From NCBI RefSeq assembly GCF_006345805.1, contig NW_021832589.1, positions 1 through 59,727 of the forward strand: DNA of 59,727 nt, written 5' to 3'. The translations under genes were made by a program, and so were the position numbers. Positions within the stretch are counted from its first letter, which is position 1. Every line of letters starts with the position of its first letter. This DNA comes from Octopus sinensis (lineage: Eukaryota). The notes below the pieces were generated by a model. The model was not told where the DNA came from. It worked only from the letters and a program-made list of their open reading frames with translations, and did not search any database. Of the stretch, positions 13,914 to 27,499 are shown piece after piece.

Positions 13914-14044
13914 CAGGCTTTGGGTATCCATATTCCAAATCTACTCGCAAAACATTGGTCGACTTGAGGCCAAAGTGCCATACAGTGGGACTGAACCCTG
14001 AACCTTATACACTATGGTGGGAAAGCATGCTTCTTACGACACAA

Positions 14045-14047
<3 letters not shown>
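13688..14047 (-). mobile_element. tRNA-derived SINE family A
   Basis: Reverse-complement match to the copy at 28433-28826. Confidence 0.88.
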
Positions 14048-14078
<31 letters not shown>

Positions 14079-14081
<3 letters not shown>

Positions 14082-14292
14082 TTAATCCGAACATGAAAAC
14101 ACAAAGAGAAAACACAACAACGCGAGGACGTGGAACAAATATAGTATTATTGGACGCTCAGGAAGGAAGGGAAGAAGGAGAGTTTAACGTTTCGAGCGGA
14201 GCTCTTCGTCGGAAACGTAGGAGAAGGAAAGATCCGAGGAAGGGAAGACGGAGGGAAAAAAATCGCCAACGGTACACACGCAGTCACATCAT
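14079..14292 (-). mobile_element. PLE-terminus-like fragment with HHR, between (TA)n tracts
   Basis: Related to 4829-4962 (GTATTA...CGCTCAG...TTTAACGTTTCGAGC). Confidence 0.65.
14182..14216 (-). ncRNA. Minimal type I hammerhead motif (core CCGACGA)
   Basis: GTTT-CCGACGA-A-GAGC TCC GCTC-GAAAC GTT-AAAC. Confidence 0.7.
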
Positions 14293-14657
14293 CAATATAT
14301 ATATGTATATATATATATATATAATGTTTGTGTGTGTGTGTGTGTGTGCGTGCGTGTGCGCATGTATGTATGCAATTATAAATATATGTAAATTCATACA
14401 TACATATATACATACATACACACGCGTACGTACGTACATACATACATGCATACGTACATACATACATATATATACTTGCATACATAGTGCCACACGTGTG
14501 CAGGAAGCCAAATAATAAAAGGCAGACATGCGCAGACGACTAAACAAGCATATTTTACGGATGGCGTGGTGTGGAGTTGACAGGTACACCGTGACATTGT
14601 CTCAACAGACACCTAATACACCAGATGCACAAACACACGCACACACACACACGCGCG

Positions 14658-14691
<34 letters not shown>

Positions 14692-14799
14692 ACGTTATGT
14701 ACACTTAAACACATCCTTTTTTTCATACACTCTCACATATTTACTGTCTTCTATACATACACTACCTCGCTCTCTCTTCCTTCCTCTTTTCCCCCTTCG

Positions 14800-14831
<32 letters not shown>

Positions 14832-15587
14832 TTTCGCAGTTATTGACACTGGCTCATACAAACTCATTCACACACACACATACACACACCCACACACACA
14901 CACACACACACAGAGTCACACACAGCAGACACAACTTAATCCTTCACGCACCAGCGTCGCCTCCATTTACGCCAGACCGACCACCAGACATTGCTCGTCA
15001 GGGAACCCTCTTCGAAGTCGTTCGACCAGCCAAAGGTAACTGCCAAAGCTCCTTCTGATCATATATTTTCGAAGGGGCTTGTTGATCATAAATAAACCCC
15101 AGAACGCAGTGGTCTTGGCCGGAACGCAGTTGTATAGATTGATTTGACTGCTCGATCAAAATCCTAGCTGGGGATAAACAAACCATTTCCTTGTCTACAT
15201 GATGATGAATGATGATGATGATGATGACGATGATCATCAACGATATGACTACGACAGCGACGACGACGACACCGACGTGCAGCTCCTTGGTGTTTCCCTC
15301 CCTCCTGTCACCGTCATCTCTCATCCACCAGCCAGAACCACTTCAGACCTTTACACACGTGTCTTGCAATAACAAGAGGACCGCACAGCCAGCCGACCAG
15401 CCGACCGACCAGCCGACCAGCCTAGGAGGTGGGCTTATGTTGTGGAAGTGTACATTCACACGTGACATGACATCTAGTCAATGCTTGCCCTTCCATTAAC
15501 GAGACTCCTTCAGACAGGAGCCACAAACTTTCCGGTCACTTATTATCGTTGGTCGACTACAGCCGCTTTGTGCTCGTCTGTGTACGC

Positions 15588-15646
<59 letters not shown>

Positions 15647-15853
15647 TGTTTGTGTATACATACATAGTTACGCACGCACGCACACACACACACACACACG
15701 CATATATATATAAGTAGGTATGTATGAATAACGTATGCATATATGTACGTGTGTTTGTGTGTGCATAAATGTACAATGTACATACATATGCATATGTGTG
15801 TGTAGCGCTCTCTCTCCCCCTCTCTCTCTCTTTATATATATATAGTGTGTGTA

Positions 15854-16226
15854 TCTTTTACTCTTTTACTTGTTGCAGTCATTTGACTACGGCCATGCTG
15901 GCGCACCGCCTTTAGTCGAGCAAATCGACCCCGGGACTTATTCTTTGTAAGCCTAGTACTTATTCTATCGGTCTCTTTGGCCGAACCGCTAAGTTACGGG
16001 ACGTAAACACACCAGCACCGGTTGTCAAGCGATGTTGGGGGGACAAACACAGACACACAAACATACATATATAAGACGGGCTTCTTTCAGTTTCCGCCTA
16101 CCAAATCCACTCACAAGGCTTTGGTCGGCCGAGGCTATAGTAGAAGACACTTGCCCAAGATGCCACGCAGTGGGAATGAACCCGGAACCATGTGGTTGGT
16201 AAGCAAGCTACTTATCACACAGCCAC
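15854..16226 (-). mobile_element. SINE family A, full length
   Basis: Head, CTTGGGCAAGTGTCTT central block, internal (TA)/(TG) tract, (AAAAGAGT) tail. Confidence 0.93.
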
Positions 16227-16734
16227 ATTAATTTAGTAGACTGTGGTCGTTTATTTATTTTTTGTGTGGGAACAGAAACACGTGGCATAAAGTCCGTGGC
16301 CGGTTTATATATATAATTTTTCTAGGGAGAGAACTATCAGAGTTAGCAGTTTATAATGGATTTATAAAACCAATTTTTTTTTAAATGAAGAAATGGACGG
16401 GTGTTATTGGTAGTTGCTAACGAAGAACAGGAGATACAAGAGAATGAATTAATCTATCAAGCTACTAATCTACATTCTTGGAGAAAAGACAATCTGATTT
16501 TTGTTTGAAGACATTAAATCTGTTTCGGTCTTATTTGACCTCATCAGCCAGTACAGTGTAACCAAGCGTGCAGCTCAGTTCATAACTTTTTACATATTAT
16601 TGGGAAAATATCAATGAGCAAGTATGTAAGTCATTAGAATTATAATTTCAAATTAATTTAGTAGACTGTAGTCATTTATTTATTTTTTTGTGTGTGAACA
16701 GAAACACGTGGCATAAAGTCCGTGGCCGGTTTAT
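16227..16734. repeat. ~82-bp direct repeat pair (16227-16308, 16652-16734)
   Basis: ATTAATTTAGTAGACTGT...GAAACACGTGGCATAAAGTCCGTGGCCGGTTTAT occurs twice. Confidence 0.9.
16510..16556 (-). ncRNA. Hammerhead core with perfect CUGAUGA, stem II and GAAA
   Basis: CTGTA CTGG CTGATGA GGTC AAATAA GACC GAAACAG; stem I topology ambiguous. Confidence 0.65.
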
Positions 16735-18829
16735 TACTTTGATCTGATTGTTGTGTAGGAGCTTTATCGGGAATCAAGGTAGACAAGCCAAGGTGATTAT
16801 TGAGGATCTGGTTGCGTTCAATGGAAACACACACATCCTGTTTAGCCCCACCCTTATCTGAAGGTGAGAAGGATCAGCTCCTCAGCCTGTTGGTATGTCT
16901 TTCCCACTGTGGAAAGATATATCGGGATATTAGGCATTTATTTAAACAGTTTTACTTTCATTATAAGGACATAGCTGTAGTCAAGGCTGTCCTTATTACG
17001 GATGTATCCCTGCAACAGAACTTTTCGAAACGAGCCAGATTGGCAAGTTGATTCCTGTCGCTGTTTTCCGTTTGTGATGTTTTGTGTTTGTGGACGTACA
17101 CAAGACGGACCTCGCCGAATGAAACAGATCTGAATGAGAGATGAACTGACTCTAGAGCTAATGTTAAGGTTTTACAGCATAGCAGTCACAATATCACAAC
17201 CCGCAGCAAGATAACGTAAAGTGTCAGATTGGGAGATAGGAAATAACATGGCCAGGTGAGAAATTATAATCAATAAAGAAATGGGGTGATGAGGGAGATG
17301 AAAAACGAAAACGGGAATAGCTAACAGTTTAATCTTTTCTTTTTTTTTTTACTAATAAAACCAATGTTTCTGCAGGTAGAAGGATACATAAATCTGATAA
17401 ATGGCAGTGGTTCAGGAGGAGAGTATAGTAACTCTGCGTTTGGTTTCCAGGGACAATGTTATCCACTGAGTAGAGAAGAGTTCGAACCCAGATAAAATGC
17501 ATCGATCTTTTGTCTCACGTGAACTAATGAAGAGAGATTAGTGGAGCTTCCAATGGGTTGCTGGAACCGACACAAAGGCCACGCAATATTGCTTCCGGGA
17601 CAACATTATGGTCCAACACAAAGGAAATTTTAGTAACAGATCATCGTGATTTTTTTTCTCTCATTTTGTCATCTTACTTTTTTATTTTCTATCGAAGATA
17701 TAAGGTATGATTTCAAATCAGTTACTAAGGTTAATTACCAGTCTAAGAGAGTGGTTCTACATTTTGGCAACCTCAACTTTCTTGTGCAGGATGGCGGCAC
17801 ACAACTAGTTATTGCTTATTTCATAGCCTAGAATATAGAAGCTACATTTTCTGATATTCAATGTCATATTAGATTTACAATCAATATTTATGATTTTAAA
17901 TCATTTTTTTAAAACTTCATCTTTAGTCTTAAAGCGTAAGTTGGCAACCTTGAATTCTGAACAACTGGTCCAGGAGGAAAAAAAATTCGAAACTACCTAT
18001 GTCGATGGACCATTTTGAGAAGTTCGTGGAAGAGTTAAAGCAATGATTAAAGGATTATCAAAGCAGGACGTAAACAATAAAGTCTCCAAAACAACAGAAC
18101 TGCGAATGTTCGTTGGGGTTTTCGAGGATTTACAAAACTTTGTGGAATATCTCTTTCTTACTCTTCATACAAGTTCTGTCGTGATCAGGTCGAAGATATG
18201 TCCTACACAAGTAACACCTTTTGATGATGTACAAGAGGACTTGTTTGTTATAGTTTTCATTAAATAAATAAACAACTTTCTGTAGCTACTTCGATGAAAG
18301 CTACTCCAGAGTGTTTACTTGAAATGCAGAAGTCCCCGATAATCTATTGCGGCTGTTTCTATAACATGAGCAAGATCTGCAACTGAAGAAAAAACCCAAG
18401 AGATTTGTTTTCCGGGAGTCTAGTTCCAAAATGGGCAGGACAGGATCCAGCTTTGAATATGTCATTAATATTTTCGTCTCTGTATGATTAAATAGAAACC
18501 ATAGAACTTTTGAAGTTACAGAGTTGAGTTTTTTAAATAAATATTTTATATATTCCTCCTTTGGCTCCATGGTTAATTGTTTGTGAGTAGCGAGTTCGTG
18601 TACCGCTAAGGTTTCATTGGTCGGTTGAACGAAAGGCTTGTTGTCAGTGTTGTTACAACGCCATCTTAAAGTAGTACACTAAAAAAAGGGGGAGAAGATT
18701 AAACTTTGGGGAAAAACAGAATTGTTTAGGTGTCTCAGACATAATGTAGCTTTAAACTCAACTAAGACAAACAGCCAACATTTAATGATGCAGGAAGTTT
18801 CAGAAAGTGTTGTCAGCACTTTAAAACTT

Positions 18830-19204
18830 TCAGGTGAAGATCCTTTTTCCAGATAAATTATTGCAGCAAAATGAAGTAAGAATATACTCCAAGAGGCAAA
18901 TCAATTTAAAGAAGGTTTTCATTTACTAAAAATTGCCATCAATTATATGGATCAGTGGTTAGGTCTTGAAAGAGTGAATTCGATAACTGAGCGGAACCTC
19001 TTACAAACTCCACAAATATCTCTGTTACCCTGTCACTTCGAGGTTGGTGCATTTTGTTCGAAGCTCCACCGATTCTGCCAATACATCACAATTATGGAAT
19101 GCATATCGAATAAATATAAGCGAGGGATTTCTGATCAGTTATTTAGATAAATTTCTTCCTAGAAAAAGCACCAACCCTTTATAACAATCGCATTTATATA
19201 TCAA

Positions 19205-19205
<1 letters not shown>
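18830..19205 (+). mobile_element. Possible highly decayed PLE linker/GIY-YIG relic
   Basis: VRIYSKRQINLKK, TERNL and ITIMECISNKYKR resemble PLE endonuclease segments; ends at (TA)n. Confidence 0.3.
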
Positions 19206-19258
<53 letters not shown>

Positions 19259-19271
19259 TATATAGATATAT

Positions 19272-19302
<31 letters not shown>

Positions 19303-20311
19303 TGACCCCCCAAACGGGGAGGTTGTGACGTGATACATGGACTTGGGAATCGCTTGTTTGGTTATTTCCCAGACTTCCCAGTCGGAACAAATGATCGCGA
19401 TGAATGTATCAACATAATCCATCATTTTTATATAATCTATTTTTTTTTCTTTTGGCAGTCTTCCACCCCAATCCCCACACCACTTCATATTACCCATCGG
19501 CCACATCCCACCTCCCCACACCACAAATTATGGGATCTTGGCTCTCTCTGGGAAACCATTGTAATTAATATTTCTATTTAGTTGTTTCTTTCTTGTACCG
19601 GGTCAGTGATTTCATGGGATTCGAAACAGAAAACTAACAGCTCTGCAATTAGACATCGACACGGATATTTTCTCATTTTTATTTCTATTTTTTTGGTGTT
19701 GAGGTGATGGGTGAGGTGGGGGAATGAGGCTGAATGGGTTTTGTTCGTTGTGGCGTTTGTGTTGGTTCCTATCACACCTCTCCACCGCGCCCACCTCCAT
19801 GCACTTTTTCTTTTTTGTCTTCCCGTCTTGTTAAACAAAAGAACCAAACTGAAGTTTGTGTGTGTTTGTGTGTGTGTGTATGTGTGTGAGAGAGAGAGAG
19901 AGAGAGAGAGGATGTGTGCGTGCACGAGCGTGCATCTATCTCTCTTTCCTTCTCTCCATCCGCTTTCCCTTTCGCATCTTTATATTTCTCTTCTACTTCC
20001 ATCTTCACCAATCATCGCTAATTATCAACACATTTACATATTTGCATCTCATTAATTGTTAGTTTCTTTTTTTATTTCCTGTGATGACCGATTGACATCT
20101 AAATGTACCAGTTTTGAGGATGATACATATATACACGCACACGCATTATATATATATATATATATATATATACACGTACACGCATTATATATATATATAT
20201 ATATATACCGGAGTAAACACATAAATGTGAAACAAGGTGGAAAAAAGAGTACTCAAATACCAGTGGTAGAGTAATATGCTTTATTTAAAGTAGCAGAAAA
20301 TTCAACAAAAC

Positions 20312-20349
20312 CTGTTACTCTGAGTTTCTCGTTGCCGTTCATCGGACAG
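20312..20349 (-). ncRNA. Type I hammerhead motif (left arm)
   Basis: CTGT-CCGATGA-ACG GCAA CGA-GAA ACTC A GAGT A-ACAG. Confidence 0.7.
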
Positions 20350-20365
20350 TTTTTGCTAGAAAAAA

Positions 20366-20403
20366 CTGTCCGATGAACGGCAACGCGAAACTCAGAGTAA
20401 CAG
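20366..20403 (+). ncRNA. Type I hammerhead motif (right arm)
   Basis: CTGT-CCGATGA-ACG GCAA CGC-GAA ACTC A GAGT A-ACAG; GNRA loop II, GUA triplet. Confidence 0.7.
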
Positions 20404-20769
20404 GTTTTGTAGAATTTTCTGCTGCTTTAAATAAAGTATATATATATAGACGTACACACACACACAATTTTTTACCCTTTTAGATACGCTCAAAGGTACA
20501 TAAACATACACATATACTCATGATTTACAGTATATATATATATATATATATATAAATTTTGTATCTGTATCTGTGTCTGTGCGTGCGCGGATATGAATAT
20601 GTGTTCGAGTGTGTGTGTATGTACACACAATTATATAAGTTATTTAGGATAGATACCGACTGTTTCCTCTTGAAACACATCTGCTTATTCCAATATTACA
20701 ATCAATATGCATCCATAGCTGGTGCTGCATTTGTATCAAAATACAATTGAGAGTACTTGGAAAACTATT

Positions 20770-20805
<36 letters not shown>

Positions 20806-21701
20806 TACAACCTGTTGCATGGTTGCGTGCGTGAAAACTAAGGCGGATGCTCAAACAGATTTCTTAGAGAGGAGCGTTGAAGGAAACCCAGCAGGGGAAA
20901 ACCATGGTCAAAAGCACGGCTGAACCCAACGTAGAGTCAACGACAATTTTGTAAAGAAAGGGGTCTGGGAAATGCCAGGTTAGTTTCCGGTATGTTGTAA
21001 AATCACTGAAACTAAAGGACCTCTTAGCTTTTGATGAAGCCTGTGTTTGAAAGGCGGCGTTCATGCTTCTGGTGTTGTACTGTGGTTATAACCTGGTGGA
21101 TAGTTTGGGTTGGGTAGCAGTGGGAGTCACCTAAGCTAGGAGAAAGGGAACTCCAAGCATAGATCCTCAATCCTTGGGAGCGCCTTCACAGAAAGGCAGG
21201 CTAGGATAGTCTCAACCCCGACAATAGATTGAGCAGAAGAGTTCTGCATCGAGTTTATTGTTCCTGAAGAAAGTTGGAAGATGCAACTAATGGACTGTGT
21301 CTGAAACCGCGACTCCCAACTCATGATTGTTGGAATATCCATTAACATTTATCATATAGCAATGGATCTATGTAAATGGATGGATCATAACTGACCCTTG
21401 AAATCTCTCTAAATACACCGATATTGAAACGCAAAGACTAGTATTACCATAACCTATGTTGGTATATTGTTTAATATTGCAATAAATATAAGCCGGAATC
21501 TTTTCCAGCACTGTGCGAGTTAAATTGTGGAAACACTTCACATTCACTAAATACAAAAACGTTGCCAGAAACTCTGACTCGTTCACTTCGCCGCTCCACT
21601 TCCACACTCATCGCCGTTGCTCTCTTCCTTGGTTTGTGTTGTTTAGTGGCCAGTTGGGAAGATAATTAAAAAACAACAGAATCAATCTTTCCGAGTTAAT
21701 C

Positions 21702-22218
21702 TTTAGGAAGTCTAGGAGTTGTCCATACATGTAAGCGTTGCCTCTCCATGTTTCCAGTGTTTATGCAGTGGTGAGGTCACAGACTTGTCCAACACAGCTT
21801 TTAATACCGACATCGCCGTCAGAAGAGAGAAGAAGGCAAGAGATACCGTAAGGCATCTAATACAACCATCTAATACAACTTTCTTCAGGAACAATAAACT
21901 CGATGCGAACTCGCAAAGTCGTTACGACAGTAACTAGAATGTCTGGCAATATCTGTTCCGACTGTTTACGTTCTAAGTTCAAATCCCACCAAAGTCGTCT
22001 TTCCTTTCCACCGTTTCGTGAATTGGTAGAACTATTCGATGGTTGTATTAGATGCCTTGCGGTATCTCTTGCCTTCTTCCCTCTTCTGACAGCAATGTCT
22101 ACGGCGATGTCGGTATTAAAAACTGTGTTGGACAAGTCTGTGACCTCACCACTGCATAAACACAGGAAACATGGAGAGGTAACGCTTACATGTATGGACA
22201 ACTCCTAGACTTCCTAAA
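21702..22218. repeat. ~170-bp inverted repeat with 167-bp spacer
   Basis: 21702-21870 versus 22038-22218, which carries a 12-bp internal duplication; mirrored ORFs starting MSIHVSV. Confidence 0.95.
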
Positions 22219-22355
22219 ATAATTGCGCCAAGCATCAACATCCATCAATAGATGTTTGATCTTTACAGACCTAAGAAAGGTCCCTAAAGGCAGAAAGCTT
22301 GAGCAAATCCTTCAAAGTGTCACCTCTCATCGTCATAATGATTGGAGAAATATCA

Positions 22356-22535
22356 ATGGTGGTGGTGATGTGGGTCGTTGGGGTAATGATGGTGGTGGTA
22401 GTTGTGATGATGGTGGTAATGGTGATGTTGGTGGTGGTAGTTGTGATGATGGTGGTAATGGTGATGTTGGTGGTGGTAGTTGTGATGATGATGGTAATGG
22501 TGATGTTGGCGGTAGTATCGTTAGTTATGATGATT
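22356..22535. repeat. (GGT/GAT) repeat with 36-bp higher-order unit
   Basis: GATGTTGGTGGTGGTAGTTGTGATGATGGTGGTAAT repeated about 3 times. Confidence 0.85.
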
Positions 22536-23749
22536 ATTGGTGTTACTGTTGTAATCGTTTAGCCTGTCTCGCCAATGATCACAAGCGTCTCTACCATGAC
22601 CATCCTGTTTTTTTTTTGTGTAGCATAGTAGTGTCGGGGGTCGTTGCGGGCGGGGTAGAAGTTATAGTGGTAGTAAATGTGCTAATGGGAGTATGTGTGC
22701 CGGTGGCGGTTGTAGTGGTGGATATCATAGGGTTGATGTATTTAGCCGTGTTATACTGCTGTTTGTTCCGTGTTGGTGGAGGTGGTGGTAGTGTGGTTGG
22801 TGTGACGTGGTCACCGTCTAACCAGTCACGTGTCAGATAGACACGTGTAGCCCGCTACCCTAGCCGCCCATCCTCCCTCCACAGTCCGCTTGCAACAGCC
22901 TGTGGCAGTCGGACCCTAACTAGGTGTGGCCATCATCAATCAAACACTCGAAATAGTTCACGGACACACAGACAGACAGGCAGGCAGGCGACCGTGGAAT
23001 ACAAGCTGGATGTTAAGAAAGGTGAATGATGATGATGATGATGATGATGGTGATGACGAAGATGACGACGGCGACGACGATAGAGATGCGGTGGTAGAAG
23101 AGAAGAGTGGTACGATAATGATGATGATGATCATCATCATCATCGTCGCGTTAGTGGTGGTAGTTGTGGTGCATTGCGTCTGTTGGTGATAATGATATGG
23201 ATAGTGATGATGATGATGAAGAAGATGGGGAGGAAGATAAGGAGGGTAACTACTACAACGATGACGACACCACCAGTAACATCGCCAATAACAACGTGAT
23301 GCAGAAGCAAGGACGGGAGAAGAGGACGGTTAGGCGGGGGCGGCGCAGGGTCATTGAGGTGAATGTAAGCAAAATAGAGAAAGATGCAGAGGAAGTGTGA
23401 TACAGAGTTGTTTCCCTATAAATACATCAACCCCGGCCCTCTTCAGCACACCCAGGCCAATCACGTTCTGCTCTGTGCCACCCATACAGTAACCGACAGG
23501 TCACTAACTCATTTCTCACCACACCACCATGCCGTTACCCTACCACCAACCACACGGCACCCGTCCACGTCTTGTCGTGTCGTATGTAACGGAGGAGTTT
23601 CAATTTCCGTGGTGAGCCAGGCATACGCACATGACCGTTTGTGACAAGAGTAAAACTGAAAGTGAAAGTAGCTGTAATGCATACATACATACACACATAC
23701 ATGCTTATATACATATACACATATATGAATGTATACATATAAAAATATA

Positions 23750-23823
<74 letters not shown>

Positions 23824-24327
23824 CATCTCTCTTAGTCTGTCTCTATACATACACTTGCACTCGCACACATATACATATATCAATTGAGTGTTCGCCCTGA
23901 AGACACCCCCAAATAAATCCCGACGCCATTTACCCCTACACCCACTTGCCAGGTGGTTTATTGATGGGTGCGATGGAAGGGTACCAAGACAAGGAGAGGA
24001 AAAGAAAAGATATTAACCGAAGCAGCTTCTAGCTCTATATTTCCTCTGTGTGTGTGTGTGTGTGTGTGTGAAATTGATATATGTTCAATATGGACGCGGG
24101 GTTTAGATCCAGGTCAATTCTGATTAAGATCTGATATAAAAAAAGATGTTCCAACCATGACCATCCAGTCATTTTTATATGTCCACGATTATTTTTCTCC
24201 AATATTTTTCTTAATTGATTCTGGCTGTTATTTCTAGCATTGAAATTTCCTTTTGTTCATTCTTACACTGTTTTCAGTACAATATCCTAGATTCTGCTCC
24301 TTCATTATTGTTATTATTATTATTATT

Positions 24328-24413
<86 letters not shown>

Positions 24414-24625
24414 AAGGCGGCGAGCTGGCAGATTCGTTAGCACGCCGGACAAAATGCTTAGCGGCATTTCATCCTTTGCGTTCTGAGTTCAAATTCCGCC
24501 GAGGTCGATTTGCCTTTCATTCTCTCGAGGGTCGATAAAATTAGTACCAGTTGATCATTGGAATCGCTGTAATTGACTAGTGCCGTCCCCTGAATTTGCT
24601 GGCCTTGTGCCAAAATTGGGATCCA
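24414..24625 (+). mobile_element. SINE family B, full length, following an (ATT)n tract
   Basis: AAGGCGGCGAGCTGGCAGA...GAGTTCAAATTCCGCCGAGGTCGA...GCCTTTCAT...GGTCGATAAAATTAGTACCAG. Confidence 0.92.
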
Positions 24626-25325
24626 TTATTATCATATGTAGTTTATAAGGAGTTCAAATCCCGCTGCGGTCATTTTTTTTTATTCTGCTCGGTGAACAAG
24701 AAGCATAAAATTGTTTATTAATTTTGTCGAAGTGTTTTTCTTAAAGGTTTACATTTCATGTGGTTGTAGGATCATCTAGATATAGCAGCCAAATCTTCCT
24801 CAAATCACACTTTACTGTATAAAATGAAAGACGAGTACAAAAAGACACGCTGGTCACAGTTTGACCGTCTTTAATGCTTCATCGAGTTTGACCAAAGGTT
24901 CAATAACAGTTATTCTATATTTTGCCATTCACCTCACATTTTACAGCCACCATCTCCTCTCCATGTTTCCCTGATTCCAATTAGAAATCGTTAGAATCAT
25001 ATTTTCTCACCTCTTGCCATTTTAGATTCCGGTCATAACAAATTCACTCAGACACACGCGCTCACACACACACACACACACACATACATACACACACATA
25101 CACACACACACTCCGTTCCTCTCTCTCTCTTTCGCTTATTCCCTGCTATCCCCCACATTCTTCCTCCTGTATTATTGGCTGTCTGTGTATACCTGCATAC
25201 ATGTAAACTCACATTTAAGCATATTCATACATCACACACACACACACACACACATGTAGGAAGACAGACAGACAGCCAGATAGATAGATAGTATGTTCTA
25301 TATCACTAGTGTCTAAATAGAAGTA

Positions 25326-25376
<51 letters not shown>

Positions 25377-25458
25377 AAGGTCATTTTGCTAGTGTGTGTG
25401 TATACATACATGGTATATAATAATCACTTTTCTTTAGATCATCTAGTAATATAGAACA

Positions 25459-25498
<40 letters not shown>

Positions 25499-25619
25499 GT
25501 ATGAAGGTTTGTCTGGTTGTGTAGCCTACTGTTTTTTTTTTTTTTGTTTTTTTTTTGTTTTGATGCCACTCTTAAAAGAAAATAAATGAGATTTAAATTA
25601 AATAAATACCGAAAAAATA

Positions 25620-25836
25620 TTGGCTTCAAATGTTGGCACAAGGCCAGCAATTTCGGGGGACAGAGTAAGTCGATCACACCGACCCAAGTACTCTACTGGT
25701 ACTTAATTTATCAACCCCGAAAGGTTAAAAGGAAAAATCGACATCGGTGCAATTTGAAGTCAGAACGTAAAGACGGACGAAGTGCTGCTAAGCATTTCGT
25801 CCGGCGTGCTAACGATCCAGCCAGCTCGCTGCCTTA
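25620..25836 (-). mobile_element. SINE family B
   Basis: Reverse-complement match to the 24414 copy. Confidence 0.9.
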
Positions 25837-26049
25837 AATACCATAGAAAAAATTTGAATGGAGAAATCCTATTTAGTTATTTATTTACTTATTTTGTCTA
25901 CGCTAACCATATTGTAATGAAGTCTGTCTTTTCCCAGGTCTTGATTTTAGAAACTAGATATAACTGCCGTCTTACTTGGTTTCTAAAACGAAGGACAGAG
26001 TGAGAGAGCAGACTGAGCTAAGTCCATAAGCTAGAGTTATAATGCATGA

Positions 26050-26450
26050 GAAGACCCACCACGAGGGCCATGGTAAATTCTATTGATGATAACGTTCTTT
26101 CTGGGTTTATTAGAACCTTCGTGGCGCAATGTTGGCAGATTGTGGATGTGAAAGTGACCAGAAACCACAAAAATCCGGGAGTTTGTTTGTATGGACATCA
26201 AAGTTTTCTCAATGATCTCCGAAGATCATTCGATCATTTCGTAGCTCTGTTCCGTTTGTGGGGAAACAAATAATACAAAACAAACAGTCTGATGGTTTAG
26301 GGTACAAAGGTCAACTGTTTAGCGTAAGGGCCACTTCAAGGGATTTTTTCTACCTTAAGTAGAGAAAGAGATAAACTGGTAAGCAACAGTAGACCCATCC
26401 ACAGTAGCAGAACCCTTCCAAAGGACCACCAATGGCACCCCCAGCTGCAT
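26050..26450 (-). mobile_element. Possible decayed LINE APE endonuclease fragment
   Basis: IFVVSGHFHIHN resembles the GDFNIHN motif; otherwise weak. Confidence 0.3.
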
Positions 26451-27092
26451 GTCTGACGGCAGCGATAGAAATTACCTGACCGTCAGGACTAACAGCTAAT
26501 AACTTGGCCTTCCTTCAACTAATCACAGCCCATCATATCACACCACCACATCGTAGCACAATACACTATTCCACCCCCATCACACCACCACTCCACTCTA
26601 ATCCACCCTGCAACAAAGCGTGACATAACCGCCAAAAACTACGTCACAAACAGCACCACATCGCCACAACGCACAGCACACAATTCCAGAGGCGAACAGG
26701 AGACCGCATGATATCACTTCGCAATACACCGACAACACACCACACACCTCCATCACACATCTCCCTTCCTTCTCCTCCTACTCCTCTACGGCATTTGCGA
26801 TTTGTCCACTTGAACACTTATTCACTGGTCATAAACATATCTCTGACCGGAATAGTGCAGTGGTGGTTTGCTATAAAACCAATACAACAAACAACTAAAA
26901 GGAAAGGCACGAAACGGGTTGCTTGCGGGTATATGGGTTCGAATAGCGGTAGGTCGGCAGACAGGCAGGCATATAGAGGTAGGTTGATAGGTACATGGAT
27001 AAGTAGGTGATTAGAAGTGAGGTAGAGCAATCGCAGAATTAATGACCTATGCAGGCTTAGCGTACGCGTGCTTGTGTGTGTGTATACATATG

Positions 27093-27123
<31 letters not shown>

Positions 27124-27499
27124 ACATATGAGTGTGTGTGTGTACATATGAGTGTGTGTGTGTGTGTGTGTGTGCATATGAGTGTGTAAATTTTGTTGTG
27201 GAGATCGCGGTAATGCTATTAAAATTGTATTGATGTCTTGTTCTGCTTAATTTAGTTCCAAGCGTGTCGCCTTTGATCTAGTACAAGATGCCATGGACTA
27301 CGCACATAAACACACACACACATTGACACACACATACACATATTCAGATGGCAACACATACAGGCAAGCATGAATGCACACTCATTGGCAGAAGGACCCT
27401 GAACCGAGAACCCAGAACTTTATTTGTTTTTACAACAACAGCAGCAACGACAACCATAACAATAATATGAGGAGCAACAACAACAACAGCAGCACTTTT

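Larger units (their letters stand above)
20208..20436. mobile_element. Fold-back element with two back-to-back HHRs
   Basis: Arms 20280-20354 and 20361-20435; same family as 50003-50194; (TA)n flanks. Confidence 0.85.

Noticed and set aside
16860-16930. HCGK/YIG as a GIY-YIG relic
   Set aside because: Needs a frameshift and lacks other motifs.
18301-18670. 89-aa minus-strand ORF downstream of AAGATGGCG
   Set aside because: No recognisable domain; may be a TE 5' relic but unsupported.
20805-21300. Possible RTE-like 5' UTR or HDV-like ribozyme
   Set aside because: Only vague resemblance; the nested pseudoknot could not be built by eye.
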